A stretch of DNA of 64,000 nucleotides from Nitrospirales bacterium (GCA_963422365.1 OY729426.1:96001-160000), one strand, 5' to 3'; shown: positions 21,606 to 31,401, counted from the stretch's first letter. Made by a program: numbers and translations. Notes: generated by a model not told the origin, from the sequence alone.

Positions 21606-22197
21606 CTTACGGGCGTTGGTTGACGAAAACCGCTTCGGCCTTGCCTCCCACCAGGTCGATGTCTTCATTCTGGAACCCGGCACGGATCGTTACCTCGATC
21701 GGCTCTGCGATTAAAACCCCTGCCCCAAAGGCAAACCGGAATGCAGGACACCAGGCTGCGGGAACGTCAATTTCTGGCGCCGGCATGAGGAATTCCGATG
21801 GTGGCCTGAGACCCTCGCGGACAGCCGCTCCGTCCGGCTCTTCGACCGCGCCACGGAATCGCACCGCCTCGCCGACGATGTGCCGCTTCCCTGCGACAGC
21901 AGACACGATGCCCCGTCGCAATGAGCGATCGAGTCTCGTGGTTGGCCGATAGTCTCATGTACGGTCCAGGCTAAGATCAAGCGCGCCGTTTCCGACCGCA
22001 TCTGCGGTGGCTGGCCAGCCGGCAGCGAAGTCCCCGAGCACCATCCTGACCCGCTTCCCATCGATATCAGCCGGATCAAAGGGCTTCGCCTTGTAGAGCT
22101 TGCACCCGTAATCGGACAAAGGCGAGGCCATCAGCGGGACCGCACCAGGAGGCAGCCTCGTCGCCGGCGCTCCCGCGGCGCAGTACGCTGCCTGTGC

Positions 22198-25100
22198 CTA
22201 CCAGATCATGCGGATGGCGAGGTTCGCTCCATGCTCTGGCGTGCCGTCCCTGCTCTCGCGGCGACTGCCTTCCAGGCTCAGGTCGAGCCCCGTGCTGAGA
22301 TTGAGACGGCCGCCCACACGGTAGCGGCGACCGCCGCCGTTTCCGAACACCGCGCCGCCGTAAGGCGTGACAAGGCCCGCGCCGCCGAATGCCGGCAGGC
22401 CGTAGCCCAACTCCGCCTCGATGCGTGCGCCAGGCACATCGCCGTTCGCATCTGCCTCGCGGCCGGTCAGGCCGTCCTCCCACAGGCGCTCCATGCCGCT
22501 CCCCACCTCGCCCCAGGAGGGGGTGAGGCTCAGCGACAGGCCGCGCCCGTCCGCGCCGGGGTCGAGCCGGAGCGAACCCGATGCGCCCCATTGCCGCACG
22601 CCACCCGTGTGCGCCGCGAGCGCCCGCCCGGAGATCGCCGCAGTCAGCCCAATTTCCCTGTCGACGTAGCCCAGACCGCCGCCGATCTCGACACCGGTTC
22701 CGGTCTCCCCGTCACCGCCGTCCCAGCGCAGGCCCAGCTCCAGAGACGGCGTCAGGACTGTGTCAGGGAACAATTCGAAGTCGCGAGAGCCTTCCAGCGC
22801 CAGACGCATCCGCCAGGTCCGCACCGACAGACCCTTGATCAGGTCGCCGTTGTCGTCGACCTCGAGACGCGACCCCTGAACCTCGCTCTTCAGGTCGAAC
22901 GCCGTCGCGCCTTCCGAAACGAGCCGCCAGGCGCCGCCCGCCGCCGCCGTCAGCAGCGTCGAGTCGCTTGACTGACGGCCAGCCGCCGCATCGTTGATCT
23001 CAATCTCGCCCCTGCCGTATCCCGCCAGCGCCCACAGGCGCGAGCCGTCCGGCAGCGATAGGCCTGCATAGGGATGCACGCTCGTCATTCGGTTCTCATG
23101 CGTGCCTTTGAGCGGCGCATCGCCGCCGTTGTCGGTATAGTCGATTGAACTCTCGAACCGGGAGACCGCCACCCCAGCCCGCACGTCCTCGCCCAAAGCG
23201 GCATCGACGCCGAGATGGGCGGCGAACATGTCGCCGTCCCAGTCGACAGGGCCATCGAGCGACAGGTTCCGCCAGTCGCCTGCGCCCCAGACCGCGACCC
23301 CGCCTGACCCCGGTCTAGCGCCATCGCCGCCGTCTCCGGAGAGGCCCAGCGAGAACGACTTACCGGCCAGCGCCCGGCGCCAGGAGAAATCGCCCTCGTT
23401 CAGCGCCTGATCGTTGGCCTCCAGGAGATGTGCAAGCGATGCCAACGTCTTCGACCCCGTATTCCCCATGTCCGGCGCCACCGAGCCAAGCCGGTCCGCC
23501 ACCGCACCGGCCGTGCTGGCCGTCATGGCGCGCGCCAGCTCCGGTAGAACTACCTCGTTCACAACCCGGAGCCGCTGCCGCTTCGCCATCGCGGGGGAGA
23601 TCACTTCGATGTCGAAGGTGAGCGTGGCAGGGTCGCCGTCGGCGTCGCTCACGGTGTAGGTAAACGTTGCCTTGTCGAACACCGCTGTTGGGGTGCCAGA
23701 CAGCGTGCGTGCCGTGCTGTCGAAGGTCAGCCCGGTCGGCACGGCCGGTGACAGGCTGTAGGTCAGCGGTGCGTCGCCGCCGGTGGCCACCGGCAGTTGC
23801 AGCGTGCCGATATCAGTACCCTCGGTCCACGACTGGGCAGGGATTGCGGTGCCCTGCACGAAGGCCGGCTTGTCGCCCAGGATAACGGGGAATGTGACGG
23901 TGGTCTCGCCGGTGTTGCCTGCCTCGTCGGTGATCACGACGACCGTGTCGTGCGTATCGGGGTTGACGGTGGTTGGCCTGCCGGAGATTACGCCCGTCGT
24001 TCCGTCCAGCGCCAGGCCCGGAGGCAGGCTGCTGCCCGACTTCACCATGTAGGAGGCGATGTCGGTATCCTTCGTCGTGGGGTCGAGGTCGGCGATCGCC
24101 TGGTTCGCAATCCACGTCCCGGTCGGGTCGGTGTAGAAAACTACGGGGACGACGCCGTCCACTTTGCGCCGCGCGGACGGCACCACCGCTTCGTGATCCA
24201 GTTTGGCGTCGATGCGTATGCCGCCGCCGGCGTTGATCCAGATTTCCCCGCTGTTAAGGGCGAGCTTGTTGGCGGCGATGCTGATCCCGTCTGTGTCCAC
24301 ATCGCCAGCGTCCACCCTGTAGAAGAAGACCAGCTTCGACTCGTCGCTTTTGTCCTCGTCATAGACCGCCTGGCGGGTCCGGTTGCCGATGGTCAGTCCC
24401 ACCTTCGGCTTGCCCGTTACCATCACGCTCACGTTGAACGCGATCGCCACCTCAATCTCCTCGCCGAAGCCATACGTGTCGCCGTCCAGGGGCGCGTTGC
24501 TGAAGGAGATCGAGGACACTGCCGGCACCGACACTGTTCTGCCGTCCACCTTGCGGTTGGCGTCGGCGGCCACCGCATTGTGATCCAGTTCGGCGTCGGT
24601 GCCGTTGGTCGAGATGCTCCCGCCGTTGAGGGAGAGCGCGTTGGCGGCGATGTAGATCCCGTCTGTGTCCACATCGCCAGCCTGCACCGTGTAGAGGAAG
24701 ACCAGTGTCTTCTCCGGGGGGTCATTGGAACCCGGAGGATTATAGTAAGTCGCATACCGCTTGTCGCTGCCGATGGTCAACTCTACCCGGGGAGCGCCAG
24801 TCACCACCACCGCGATGTCGAAGACGGCCATCACTTCGATTCTCTCGCCCTGTCGGTAGGTGTCGCCGCTCGCCGGGGAGTTGTGGTAGGTGACGTATCT
24901 CACCACCGGCGCGTCTACTGCCACGCTGGCCGCCACTTCGATATCGAAGGTGAGCGTGGCGGTGTCGCCGTCGCCGTCCGTCACGGTGTAGGTGAACTGG
25001 GTCTTGCCGAGCGTCGCTGTCGGGGTGCCCGTGACCGTGCGCGCGGTTGCGTCGAAGGTCAGGCCGGTCGGCAGGGCCGGGGTCAGGCTGTAGGTCAGCG

Positions 25101-26505
25101 GCGCGTTGCCGCCGGTGGCCGCCGGCAGTTGCAGCGTGCTGATAGCCGTGCCCGCGGTCCAGGGCTGGGCAGAGATTGCGGCGCCCGACGCGAAGGCCGG
25201 CGTCAGGTCCGCCGCCACTTCGATGTCGAAGGTGAGCGTGGCGGTGTCGCCGTTGGCGTCCGTCACGGTGTAGGTGAACGAGGTCTTGCTGAACGCTGCT
25301 GTCGGCGTGCCCGTGAGCGTGCGCGCCGTTGGGTTGAAGGTCAGCCCGGTCGGCAGGGGCGTGGTCAGGCTGTAGGTCAGCGGCGCGTTGCCGCCGGTGG
25401 CCGCCGGCAGTTGCAGCGTGCTGATAGCCGTGCCGGCGGTCCAGGACGGGATAGTGATTGCGACGCCCTGCGCGAAGGCCGGCCTCGGTTCCGCCGCCAC
25501 TTCGATGTCGAAGTTGAGCGCGGCGGTGTCGCCGTCGCCGTCCGTCACGGTGTAGGTGAACTGGGTCTTGACGAGCGCCGCTGTCGGCGTGCCCGCGAGC
25601 GTGCGCGCGGTTGCGTCGAAGGTCACCCCGGTCGGCAGGGGCGTGGTCAGGCTGTAGGTCAGCGGCGCGTTGCCGCCGGTGGCCGCCGGCAGTTGCAGCG
25701 TGCTGATGGCCGTGCCCTCGGCCCAGGACTGGGCAGGGATCGATACGCCCGACGCGAAGGCCGGCGTCAGGTCCGCCACCACTTCGATGTCGAAGGTGAG
25801 CATGGCGGTGTCGTCGTTGGCGTCCGTCACGGTGTAGGTGAACGAGTTTTTGCTGAACGTCGCTGTCGGGGTGCCCGTGACCGTGCGCGCGGTTGCGTTG
25901 AAGGTCAGCCCGGTCGGCAGGGGCGGGGTCAGGCTGTAGGTCAGCGGCGCGTTGCCACCGGATGCCGCCGGCAGTAGCAGCGTGCCGATAGCCGTGCCGG
26001 CGGTCCAGGACTGGTTGACGATTGCGGCGCCCGGCGCGAAGGCCGGCGTCAGGTCCGCCACTACTTCGATGGGGAAGGTGTATCTGATGCGGTCGCCGTC
26101 GGCGTCCGTCACGGTGTAGGTGAACCGGGTCTTGCTGAACGCCGCTGTCGGCGTGCCCGTGACCGTGCGCGCGGTTGCGTCGAAGGTCACCCCGTTCGGC
26201 AGGGTCGGGGTCAGCGTGGCGCTCATCGGCAAGGGGCCGGTGACCTTTGGCAGTGGATTCGGGCCGATGTCTGCGCCCACGATCCAGGTCGTCACGGTGG
26301 TGATGGTGATGTCTCGGGTGAAGGCAAAGGCTGGCGTCAGGCTCGCCGCCACGCCAGCGAACGCCAGCAGGCCGAAAAGACCGGTCAGGAAACGGCTGGC
26401 CCGGCCGCGCCTGCATGCGCGAGGCTTCGGTTCGGCAGGCCGGCTTGCGCTCATCGTAACCGGCCTTTGGGAATGGGGTGACATACGCGTTAACTTGTTT
26501 TCCAT
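22198..26505 (-). CDS. Large autotransporter-like surface protein with tandem putative-Ig (He_PIG-like) domains
   Basis: Signal peptide ending ...LTPAFA, LPTGLTF...GTPT repeats, C-terminal beta-barrel-like region ending in Trp. The start is uncertain; the ORF-track extension to 26727 runs into an IS remnant. Confidence 0.85.
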   Translation of the reverse strand: MENKLTRMSPHSQRPVTMSASRPAEPKPRACRRGRASRFLTGLFGLLAFAGVAASLTPAFAFTRDITITTVTTWIVGADIGPNPLPKVTGPLPMSATLTPTLPNGVTFDATARTVTGTPTAAFSKTRFTYTVTDADGDRIRYTFPIEVVADLTPAFAPGAAIVNQSWTAGTAIGTLLLPAASGGNAPLTYSLTPPLPTGLTFNATARTVTGTPTATFSKNSFTYTVTDANDDTAMLTFDIEVVADLTPAFASGVSIPAQSWAEGTAISTLQLPAATGGNAPLTYSLTTPLPTGVTFDATARTLAGTPTAALVKTQFTYTVTDGDGDTAALNFDIEVAAEPRPAFAQGVAITIPSWTAGTAISTLQLPAATGGNAPLTYSLTTPLPTGLTFNPTARTLTGTPTAAFSKTSFTYTVTDANGDTATLTFDIEVAADLTPAFASGAAISAQPWTAGTAISTLQLPAATGGNAPLTYSLTPALPTGLTFDATARTVTGTPTATLGKTQFTYTVTDGDGDTATLTFDIEVAASVAVDAPVVRYVTYHNSPASGDTYRQGERIEVMAVFDIAVVVTGAPRVELTIGSDKRYATYYNPPGSNDPPEKTLVFLYTVQAGDVDTDGIYIAANALSLNGGSISTNGTDAELDHNAVAADANRKVDGRTVSVPAVSSISFSNAPLDGDTYGFGEEIEVAIAFNVSVMVTGKPKVGLTIGNRTRQAVYDEDKSDESKLVFFYRVDAGDVDTDGISIAANKLALNSGEIWINAGGGIRIDAKLDHEAVVPSARRKVDGVVPVVFYTDPTGTWIANQAIADLDPTTKDTDIASYMVKSGSSLPPGLALDGTTGVISGRPTTVNPDTHDTVVVITDEAGNTGETTVTFPVILGDKPAFVQGTAIPAQSWTEGTDIGTLQLPVATGGDAPLTYSLSPAVPTGLTFDSTARTLSGTPTAVFDKATFTYTVSDADGDPATLTFDIEVISPAMAKRQRLRVVNEVVLPELARAMTASTAGAVADRLGSVAPDMGNTGSKTLASLAHLLEANDQALNEGDFSWRRALAGKSFSLGLSGDGGDGARPGSGGVAVWGAGDWRNLSLDGPVDWDGDMFAAHLGVDAALGEDVRAGVAVSRFESSIDYTDNGGDAPLKGTHENRMTSVHPYAGLSLPDGSRLWALAGYGRGEIEINDAAAGRQSSDSTLLTAAAGGAWRLVSEGATAFDLKSEVQGSRLEVDDNGDLIKGLSVRTWRMRLALEGSRDFELFPDTVLTPSLELGLRWDGGDGETGTGVEIGGGLGYVDREIGLTAAISGRALAAHTGGVRQWGASGSLRLDPGADGRGLSLSLTPSWGEVGSGMERLWEDGLTGREADANGDVPGARIEAELGYGLPAFGGAGLVTPYGGAVFGNGGGRRYRVGGRLNLSTGLDLSLEGSRRESRDGTPEHGANLAIRMIW
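24935..26300 (-). repeat. Tandem 282-bp coding repeats (4 similar units plus 1 diverged), with a further dispersed copy at ~23603-23884
   Basis: The ACTTCGAT anchor recurs at 24935, 25217, 25499, 25781 and 26063 (exact 282-bp period) and at 23603. Confidence 0.93.
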
Positions 26506-26649
26506 TATGCGGCCTCTCATGATGTCACTAGTTTTTGTTGAGATCATGGCGTAGATGAACACGGAACCAAAACAAAAACAAGAACAGGGTGATGCATGAT
26601 AACATAAGGTTGCTTTGCCGTTCAAAGACCAAAGAGTGCTCATGCTATA

Positions 26650-26975
26650 TGGATTTGAGGCCATCAACGAGCAGTGCGAAATAGATGAAGCGGAGACCGT
26701 ATCCAGCTTATCAAAGCGCGTGAGCACCCGCCTGAACAGACGTTCGACTTCATTGACTTCTTGTAGAACTCTCGGTCATAGTCCCATGGAGCTACCCGAT
26801 TGGCCTTCGGCGGGACCAACCGGTTCAAGCCGCAGGTCAGCGACGCACCGATGGGTCTCATCGCCTGCATAGGCCCTGTCCATGACCATGGAGCACGCCG
26901 AACTCGGCAAGACAATGTTGCCCAGCAACTGATGTCTTTGCGGAGCATCTCCCGCCTGGTCCCCAGACAACGAAA
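26650..26975 (-). pseudogene. IS5-family transposase remnant
   Basis: Frameshifted pieces DAPQ...MDRAYAGDETH, VPPKANRVAPWDYDREFYKK, NEVERLFRR and TRFDKLD. Confidence 0.82.
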
Positions 26976-26991
26976 ACCCTGTTGCACTCTA

Positions 26992-27140
26992 ATGGCTGGC
27001 GGCAGGAAACTCTGGCCGGGGCCGGTATCCGGTGCTTGATTGCCGGCTGTAGCGGCTGCTGAGCGCGAGGCGCTGCCTGGGTTGCCTGGTCACAGCGACA
27101 CCCTGATCGCCCGTGGCAACGGCAGCTCCTACGGCGTTGA
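26992..27140 (+). pseudogene. N-terminal fragment of a DprE1-like FAD oxidoreductase (copy 2)
   Basis: MAGGRK.SGRGRYPVLDCRL...REALPGL...TLIARGNGSSYG, resembling the IARGNGRSYG FAD-binding motif, with frameshifts and a stop. Confidence 0.65.
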
Positions 27141-27525
27141 GGTCGGCCAGCGTTGGATCCAGGTAGCGATGCGGGCGTCGAGCACGACGCTTACGCCAGC
27201 AGCTCCAGTTTCGATAGGCCCGATCCTTCTGGCGGTACAGGGAAGGTCTTGTAGGCGAGGCCGATGGAATAGCGGGAGCGGCTTTCAGGCCTCCCGCCGA
27301 CATGGCGCAGCCAAGCCATGTGCATGGCCGAGGTCAGCATCGCGAAATCCACGAGGATGGCGTTCTCCAAAACGCGCACGAGATTGCTCGGGATGGTCGG
27401 CGGCTCCAGCCAGCCGATGGGCACATACTCCCACCGCTCCGAACTCACCTCGGGAATGACCAGAAACGGCGCGGTGGGGATCGTCATGAATGCAAATTCG
27501 GTTGGAAACGATGCGAGGTTGCGGA
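27135..27525 (-). pseudogene. Fragment of an MmeI-like (type IIL) restriction-modification enzyme, target-recognition region
   Basis: FLVIPEVSSERWEYVPIGWL...LTSAMHMAWLRHVGGR...RYSIGLAYKTFP, then a stop and frameshifted VLDAR / TLADL. Confidence 0.82.
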
Positions 27526-27565
27526 TGAGAGATTGTCTGCCCGTTATAACTAGACGCAATGATGC

Positions 27566-28378
27566 TTATTGGGGGGACGCGGTAATTCTGTCTTTGATTA
27601 CATCAAAGGTGGCTTTGAGCACCACTTGTTTGGAGACCAATTCTCCGCGAAGACGATAGGGACGATTGGAGACGATCTTGTCAGCTATTTCCTTGGGTAA
27701 CCCTAAAAATAACACCAGGTCATTCGCGGAAGCCGTATTGATATTGACGGGTGCCACTGTTCCATTGAAAGGAACCGCGACCGGAGGTGGGGCTGGCTTG
27801 GGTGAGCGTTTCGTAGCCACCATAGGCGGGGCTGTAGAGGCATTTTCTTTCGGTTGAATGGCCATGGCCAGAGGAGCCGGTGCCGCGCTTTTTACTTTGG
27901 CTTCACGGGCTTCTTTGAGTTCTTTCTGATAGCGGCGCACCGTATCCCGCAACGCGCGATTTTGGCTTTTTACCCGCTGATGCACACGCTGAATTTCTCC
28001 CAGTTTCCGCGCCCTCGCTTCACGGTCCCTCTGCGCCTCAGCCTCACGAATGGCGAGCAGATCTCGCTCATTTTCGTGACTTTCTCTGAGCCGTTGAATT
28101 TCAGCGCTCAGCATTTCTAAATCAAGAGCCGCCTTTTCATGGTCGGCTCGTAATTTGTTATTTTCTTGTCGAAGGGTCTCATGCCACATCAGGCTTTGTT
28201 CCAGTTCCATCTTGGCGGCTTCCATATCGGCCACGGCTTCGTCATGTTTGCTCTTGGCGACGACACAGCCTCCCAAGAATAGGCCGACACTACAGAGGAG
28301 GCTCGCTCCCCACATGCCGCACCGCCACACCCGTGTACGCCGAGTGGTCATGAGTTCGTCCGTTCTTCTCAGCATCAA
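27566..28378 (-). CDS. Putative lipoprotein with coiled coil and C-terminal helix-hairpin-helix (ComEA-like) domain
   Basis: LFLGGC lipobox, heptad-rich middle, VNINTASANDL...LGLPKEIADKIVSNRPY. Confidence 0.75.
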   Translation of the reverse strand: MMLRRTDELMTTRRTRVWRCGMWGASLLCSVGLFLGGCVVAKSKHDEAVADMEAAKMELEQSLMWHETLRQENNKLRADHEKAALDLEMLSAEIQRLRESHENERDLLAIREAEAQRDREARARKLGEIQRVHQRVKSQNRALRDTVRRYQKELKEAREAKVKSAAPAPLAMAIQPKENASTAPPMVATKRSPKPAPPPVAVPFNGTVAPVNINTASANDLVLFLGLPKEIADKIVSNRPYRLRGELVSKQVVLKATFDVIKDRITASPQ

Positions 28379-28556
28379 AACATTACGCCCCCGTTCGTCC
28401 GGCAGACAAAATGATTTTCTCAGGTTTTTGCCTCGCCATTATGGTATTTACTATGAAATCCTTGGTATGTTTTGTCAACAGTGCACATGGCGAGGATTCC
28501 ACCGTCATTATTGCACTGTTCCCCATATACTCACTTGTCAATCATTGTCATCACCC

Positions 28557-29432
28557 ATGGAACAATTCGGACCAGGTGTAGCAGTTCTGCTCGGCCTTTT
28601 GGAGGGACTCACAGAATATCTCCCTGTCTCGTCGACCGGCCATCTTATTCTGTTCGGGCACTGGTGGGGATTTACGGGTCGCATGGCAATCAGCGTCGAC
28701 ATTTGCATCCAGCTGGGGGCGGTGTTAGCCGTCGTTGCCTACGAGCGCACAAAAATTCTTTCCTTGCTGAGTCATGCAAACCAAGAACGGCACCTCTTGC
28801 AACGCCAGTTCCACACCCTGCCCGCCACCGCTTTCTTCACGCATCTGCTCAGGGTTTCTGCAGGTACCCACCACCATCTTTGGTTTCTCATTGGCTTGGG
28901 CGCGGCGTTCTTGCCGGCGGCGTTGGTGGGATTATTGGCTCATGAGTGGATTGAGGAGCACTTATTCTCTCCCCGAACCGTGGCCCTGAGTATCATCATT
29001 GGCGGGATCATTATTCTCATCGTAGAAATCTGGCCCAAAGCCGTTCGCTGTACGGTGTTGGAACAAATCGGCCTGTTGAGGGCCGTGGGAGTTGGACTCG
29101 CCCAGTGCGTGGCGTTGATTCCTGGGATGTCGCGCTCAGGATCGACCATTGTAGGAGGTCTTCTTTTGGGGTTGGATCGAAAAGTCGCCACGGAGTTTTC
29201 CTTCTTCCTGGCGCTTCCGACCATGTTCGCCGCCACCGGCTACAAATTCGTGCAATCGTATCATCTCTTGAACGCCCAAGACGTCCTGACGCTGATCATT
29301 GGCCTGGTGGTGTCCTTTCTGGTGGCCTGGGCCGTGATTGCGGCGTTTCTCACCTACGTCAAACGACACACGCTGAAAGTGTTCGGCTATTACCGCGTCG
29401 TGCTCGGGGCCATTATTCTCCTCCTGATTTAG
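28557..29432 (+). CDS. uppP: Undecaprenyl-diphosphate phosphatase
   Basis: EGLTEYLPVSSTGH, IQLGAVLAV, PGMSRSGSTI, ATEFSFFLALP. Confidence 0.95.
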   Translation: MEQFGPGVAVLLGLLEGLTEYLPVSSTGHLILFGHWWGFTGRMAISVDICIQLGAVLAVVAYERTKILSLLSHANQERHLLQRQFHTLPATAFFTHLLRVSAGTHHHLWFLIGLGAAFLPAALVGLLAHEWIEEHLFSPRTVALSIIIGGIIILIVEIWPKAVRCTVLEQIGLLRAVGVGLAQCVALIPGMSRSGSTIVGGLLLGLDRKVATEFSFFLALPTMFAATGYKFVQSYHLLNAQDVLTLIIGLVVSFLVAWAVIAAFLTYVKRHTLKVFGYYRVVLGAIILLLI

Positions 29433-29551
29433 GAAAGGAGGAGAGAGGCTGAGCCCACGCTGGTTGGCAGCGAATTACATCGCAACTCGATCCTTACGAT
29501 CCTTATAGCATGGCGGCGAATCCGCGAGCGGATTTCCGCGCCGTTCTCGAC

Positions 29552-29792
29552 TCATTCCTTTGACAGTTCATACGCCTTCTGTGCGTTTATCCAGAAGTCA
29601 GGGGTTCGGCCGAAATACACGCCCAGCGCGATGGCCGTCTCGGCCGTTACCCCTCGCTGATCTCATGAAGCCGCGTCGCCGGCAGGCCAATATCCCGAGC
29701 GATGCCGTTGACGGTCAACCCATAGCCTTGATCTGCTCAAGCAACAGGGCGCAGGGATGCATTGTGATACGATTCGTGGGCACATTGATCAT
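29552..29792 (-). pseudogene. higA: HigA-type antitoxin, frameshifted
   Basis: MINVPTNRITMHPCALLLEQ.., frameshift to LTVNGIARDIGLPATRLHEI, second shift to VTAETAIALGVYFGRTPDFWINAQKAYEL. Confidence 0.82.
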
Positions 29793-29826
29793 CTTCTTGC
29801 TCCGTTCCTTAATCTTAGTGATTGTT

Positions 29827-30093
29827 TCATGCCACCTTGAAGGCATCTCCATCTCTCCAGACAAAGCATCTACGCCACCCACGCGAGACACGAATGCTCT
29901 GCCGTCCTTCACGGCCGCCCTTAAGCCCTTCGAGGTGATGTCCTGACGGTATCCGAAGGTCATTGATATTGGCTGCGTAGTTGATCCGGTCCAGCTTGCT
30001 CTGCGCCCGTTTCACAAGCATTGCCGGAAAAGACCTATTTCTCACGCCGTTGAAGATATTCGCAGTACGCTTGTCGGAGAAGGACCTGATCAT
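29827..30093 (-). CDS. higB: HigB/RelE-family toxin, C-terminus truncated (probably inactive)
   Basis: MIRSFSDKRT...DLRIPSGHHLEGLKGGREGRQSIRV...CFVWRDGDA; ends KVA* in place of the usual VEIVDYH. Confidence 0.82.
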   Translation of the reverse strand: MIRSFSDKRTANIFNGVRNRSFPAMLVKRAQSKLDRINYAANINDLRIPSGHHLEGLKGGREGRQSIRVSRGWRRCFVWRDGDAFKVA

Positions 30094-30104
30094 ACAATTC
30101 GCCC

Positions 30105-30122
30105 ATTACGATAAAACGTAAT
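30105..30122. promoter_or_regulatory. Palindromic operator ATTACG-N6-CGTAAT upstream of higB
   Basis: Perfect inverted repeat just upstream of the toxin ATG, as expected for HigA autoregulation. Confidence 0.6.
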
Positions 30123-30179
30123 ACGACAAAAATACAAGAGGACGCTCAGCTCGCCAAGAATTCCAAAAAATTCTGCTGC

Positions 30180-30974
30180 TCAGGAGAGATAATACTGAGG
30201 GCGTCGATCTTTCACCAACTCATTGTACGGATTGATCGACTTGTTGCGGGCTTCGTTGATATCGATCTCGACTACCGCGAGTTCCGGAGCATCTGCAGAA
30301 GCCCGGGACAGAATATGACCGTTTGGTGCAATAACTTCACTTTTTCCGATAAAGGTCAGAGGTGGTTTGCCTCCTCTGGCTTCTTGACCGATTCGGTTGG
30401 CCGTAATGCCGAAGATCCGATTTTCCAAGGAACGTGTCACCATGGCATCAGGGCAGTGAGGCAGGACTAAATTCGATGGATGACACACAATCTCGGCCCC
30501 TTGTAAGACGAGAGTACGAGCGGCTTCTGGGTAGTACCAATCAAAACAGATCATGACCCCAATGCGGGCCTCGCCAATATCCCAGACCTGAAACCCTGAG
30601 TCACCCGGGCTGAAGAACAACGTTTCCTCACAAAACAAATGCGTTTTGCGGTAACACCCCAAGAACCCCGAAGGACCAACCACAATCGCCGCGTTGTAAC
30701 ACTGCCGACCGGCCCGTTCAGGCAGCCCCGCAACCAAATGCATCTGATGTTGTCGGGCAAGCTCAACGCAGGCCTGAGTCGTGGGGCCGTCCGGAACCTG
30801 TTCCGATAAATCGAGGACTTCCTCCTGATTAACAAATTGATAGCCGGTAAAGGCACATTCCGGCAGAACAAGCAGTTCGCACTCCACCGGACCCAGTCGG
30901 GAAGCAACCCGTTCAAGATTTCGTTGCACTTCTCCGAATTCAGGATGTAGTTGGAAATAGCCGACTTTCATCAA
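30180..30974 (-). CDS. Carbon-nitrogen hydrolase (nitrilase superfamily)
   Basis: E-K-C triad: VLPECAFTGY, YRKTHL, MICFDWYYPEAAR. Confidence 0.93.
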   Translation of the reverse strand: MMKVGYFQLHPEFGEVQRNLERVASRLGPVECELLVLPECAFTGYQFVNQEEVLDLSEQVPDGPTTQACVELARQHQMHLVAGLPERAGRQCYNAAIVVGPSGFLGCYRKTHLFCEETLFFSPGDSGFQVWDIGEARIGVMICFDWYYPEAARTLVLQGAEIVCHPSNLVLPHCPDAMVTRSLENRIFGITANRIGQEARGGKPPLTFIGKSEVIAPNGHILSRASADAPELAVVEIDINEARNKSINPYNELVKDRRPQYYLS

Positions 30975-31000
30975 TTGACCCTTTGAATGTCCTTCAAAAC

Positions 31001-31032
31001 AAAAACGGGCAGGAACCCCCTTGCCCGTTTTT
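31001..31032. terminator. Intrinsic (possibly bidirectional) terminator
   Basis: AAAAACGGGCA-loop-TGCCCGTTTTT, downstream of the smbP-like gene. Confidence 0.8.
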
Positions 31033-31059
31033 TAGACCGCATTGACCCGTTCGGCACAA

Positions 31060-31401
31060 TCAATGGACTTCCTTAAGATGCATGACGGCACTGTTGGCAT
31101 GCTTGGTCGCCACCTCGGCATGACCTTCTTTGCCATGCGCAATGGCGTCTCCCAATGCACTGACGCCTTCATCAAGATGCGCATTGGTGACTTCTCCCTG
31201 AGCCGTTTTCGCATGCGCCAATGCTTCTTCTGCATGTTCGACAACGGCATCAGCATGCCCCATGCCGCCATGTTTTGCCGCTTCCTCCGCATGTGCAATT
31301 GCTTCCTGAACATGCGCATTGACTTCAGCGAACACCGGCGCAACCACCAATACGAACGCTGCCGACATCAACAATCCGGCGAGAAAAATGTTTTTCGCCA
31401 T
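31060..31401 (-). CDS. smbP: Periplasmic small metal-binding protein, SmbP-like
   Basis: Signal peptide plus heptad-spaced His in Ala/Glu-rich helices (HVQEAIAHAEEAAKHG...). Confidence 0.85.
   Translation of the reverse strand: MAKNIFLAGLLMSAAFVLVVAPVFAEVNAHVQEAIAHAEEAAKHGGMGHADAVVEHAEEALAHAKTAQGEVTNAHLDEGVSALGDAIAHGKEGHAEVATKHANSAVMHLKEVH

Larger units (their letters stand above)
20935..27540. mobile_element. Eroded accessory island, visibly more GC-rich than its flanks
   Basis: Contains integrase, IS5, RM and ubiA/dprE1-like remnants around one intact autotransporter, and sits between housekeeping genes. Confidence 0.75.

Noticed and set aside
21606..22197. Additional genes in the island
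   Set aside because: A protein-like + frame with an internal TAA is visible (..CPKGKPECRTPGCG..), but I cannot assign it to any family.
23797..26416. Long ORFs of 726 aa (+) and 558 aa (-) overlapping the autotransporter
   Set aside because: Shadow frames of GC-rich repetitive coding DNA, with Arg/Gly/His-rich composition.
26506..26727. N-terminal extension of the 1509-aa ORF
   Set aside because: It starts with TRFDKLD from the IS5 remnant; the signal peptide lies further downstream.
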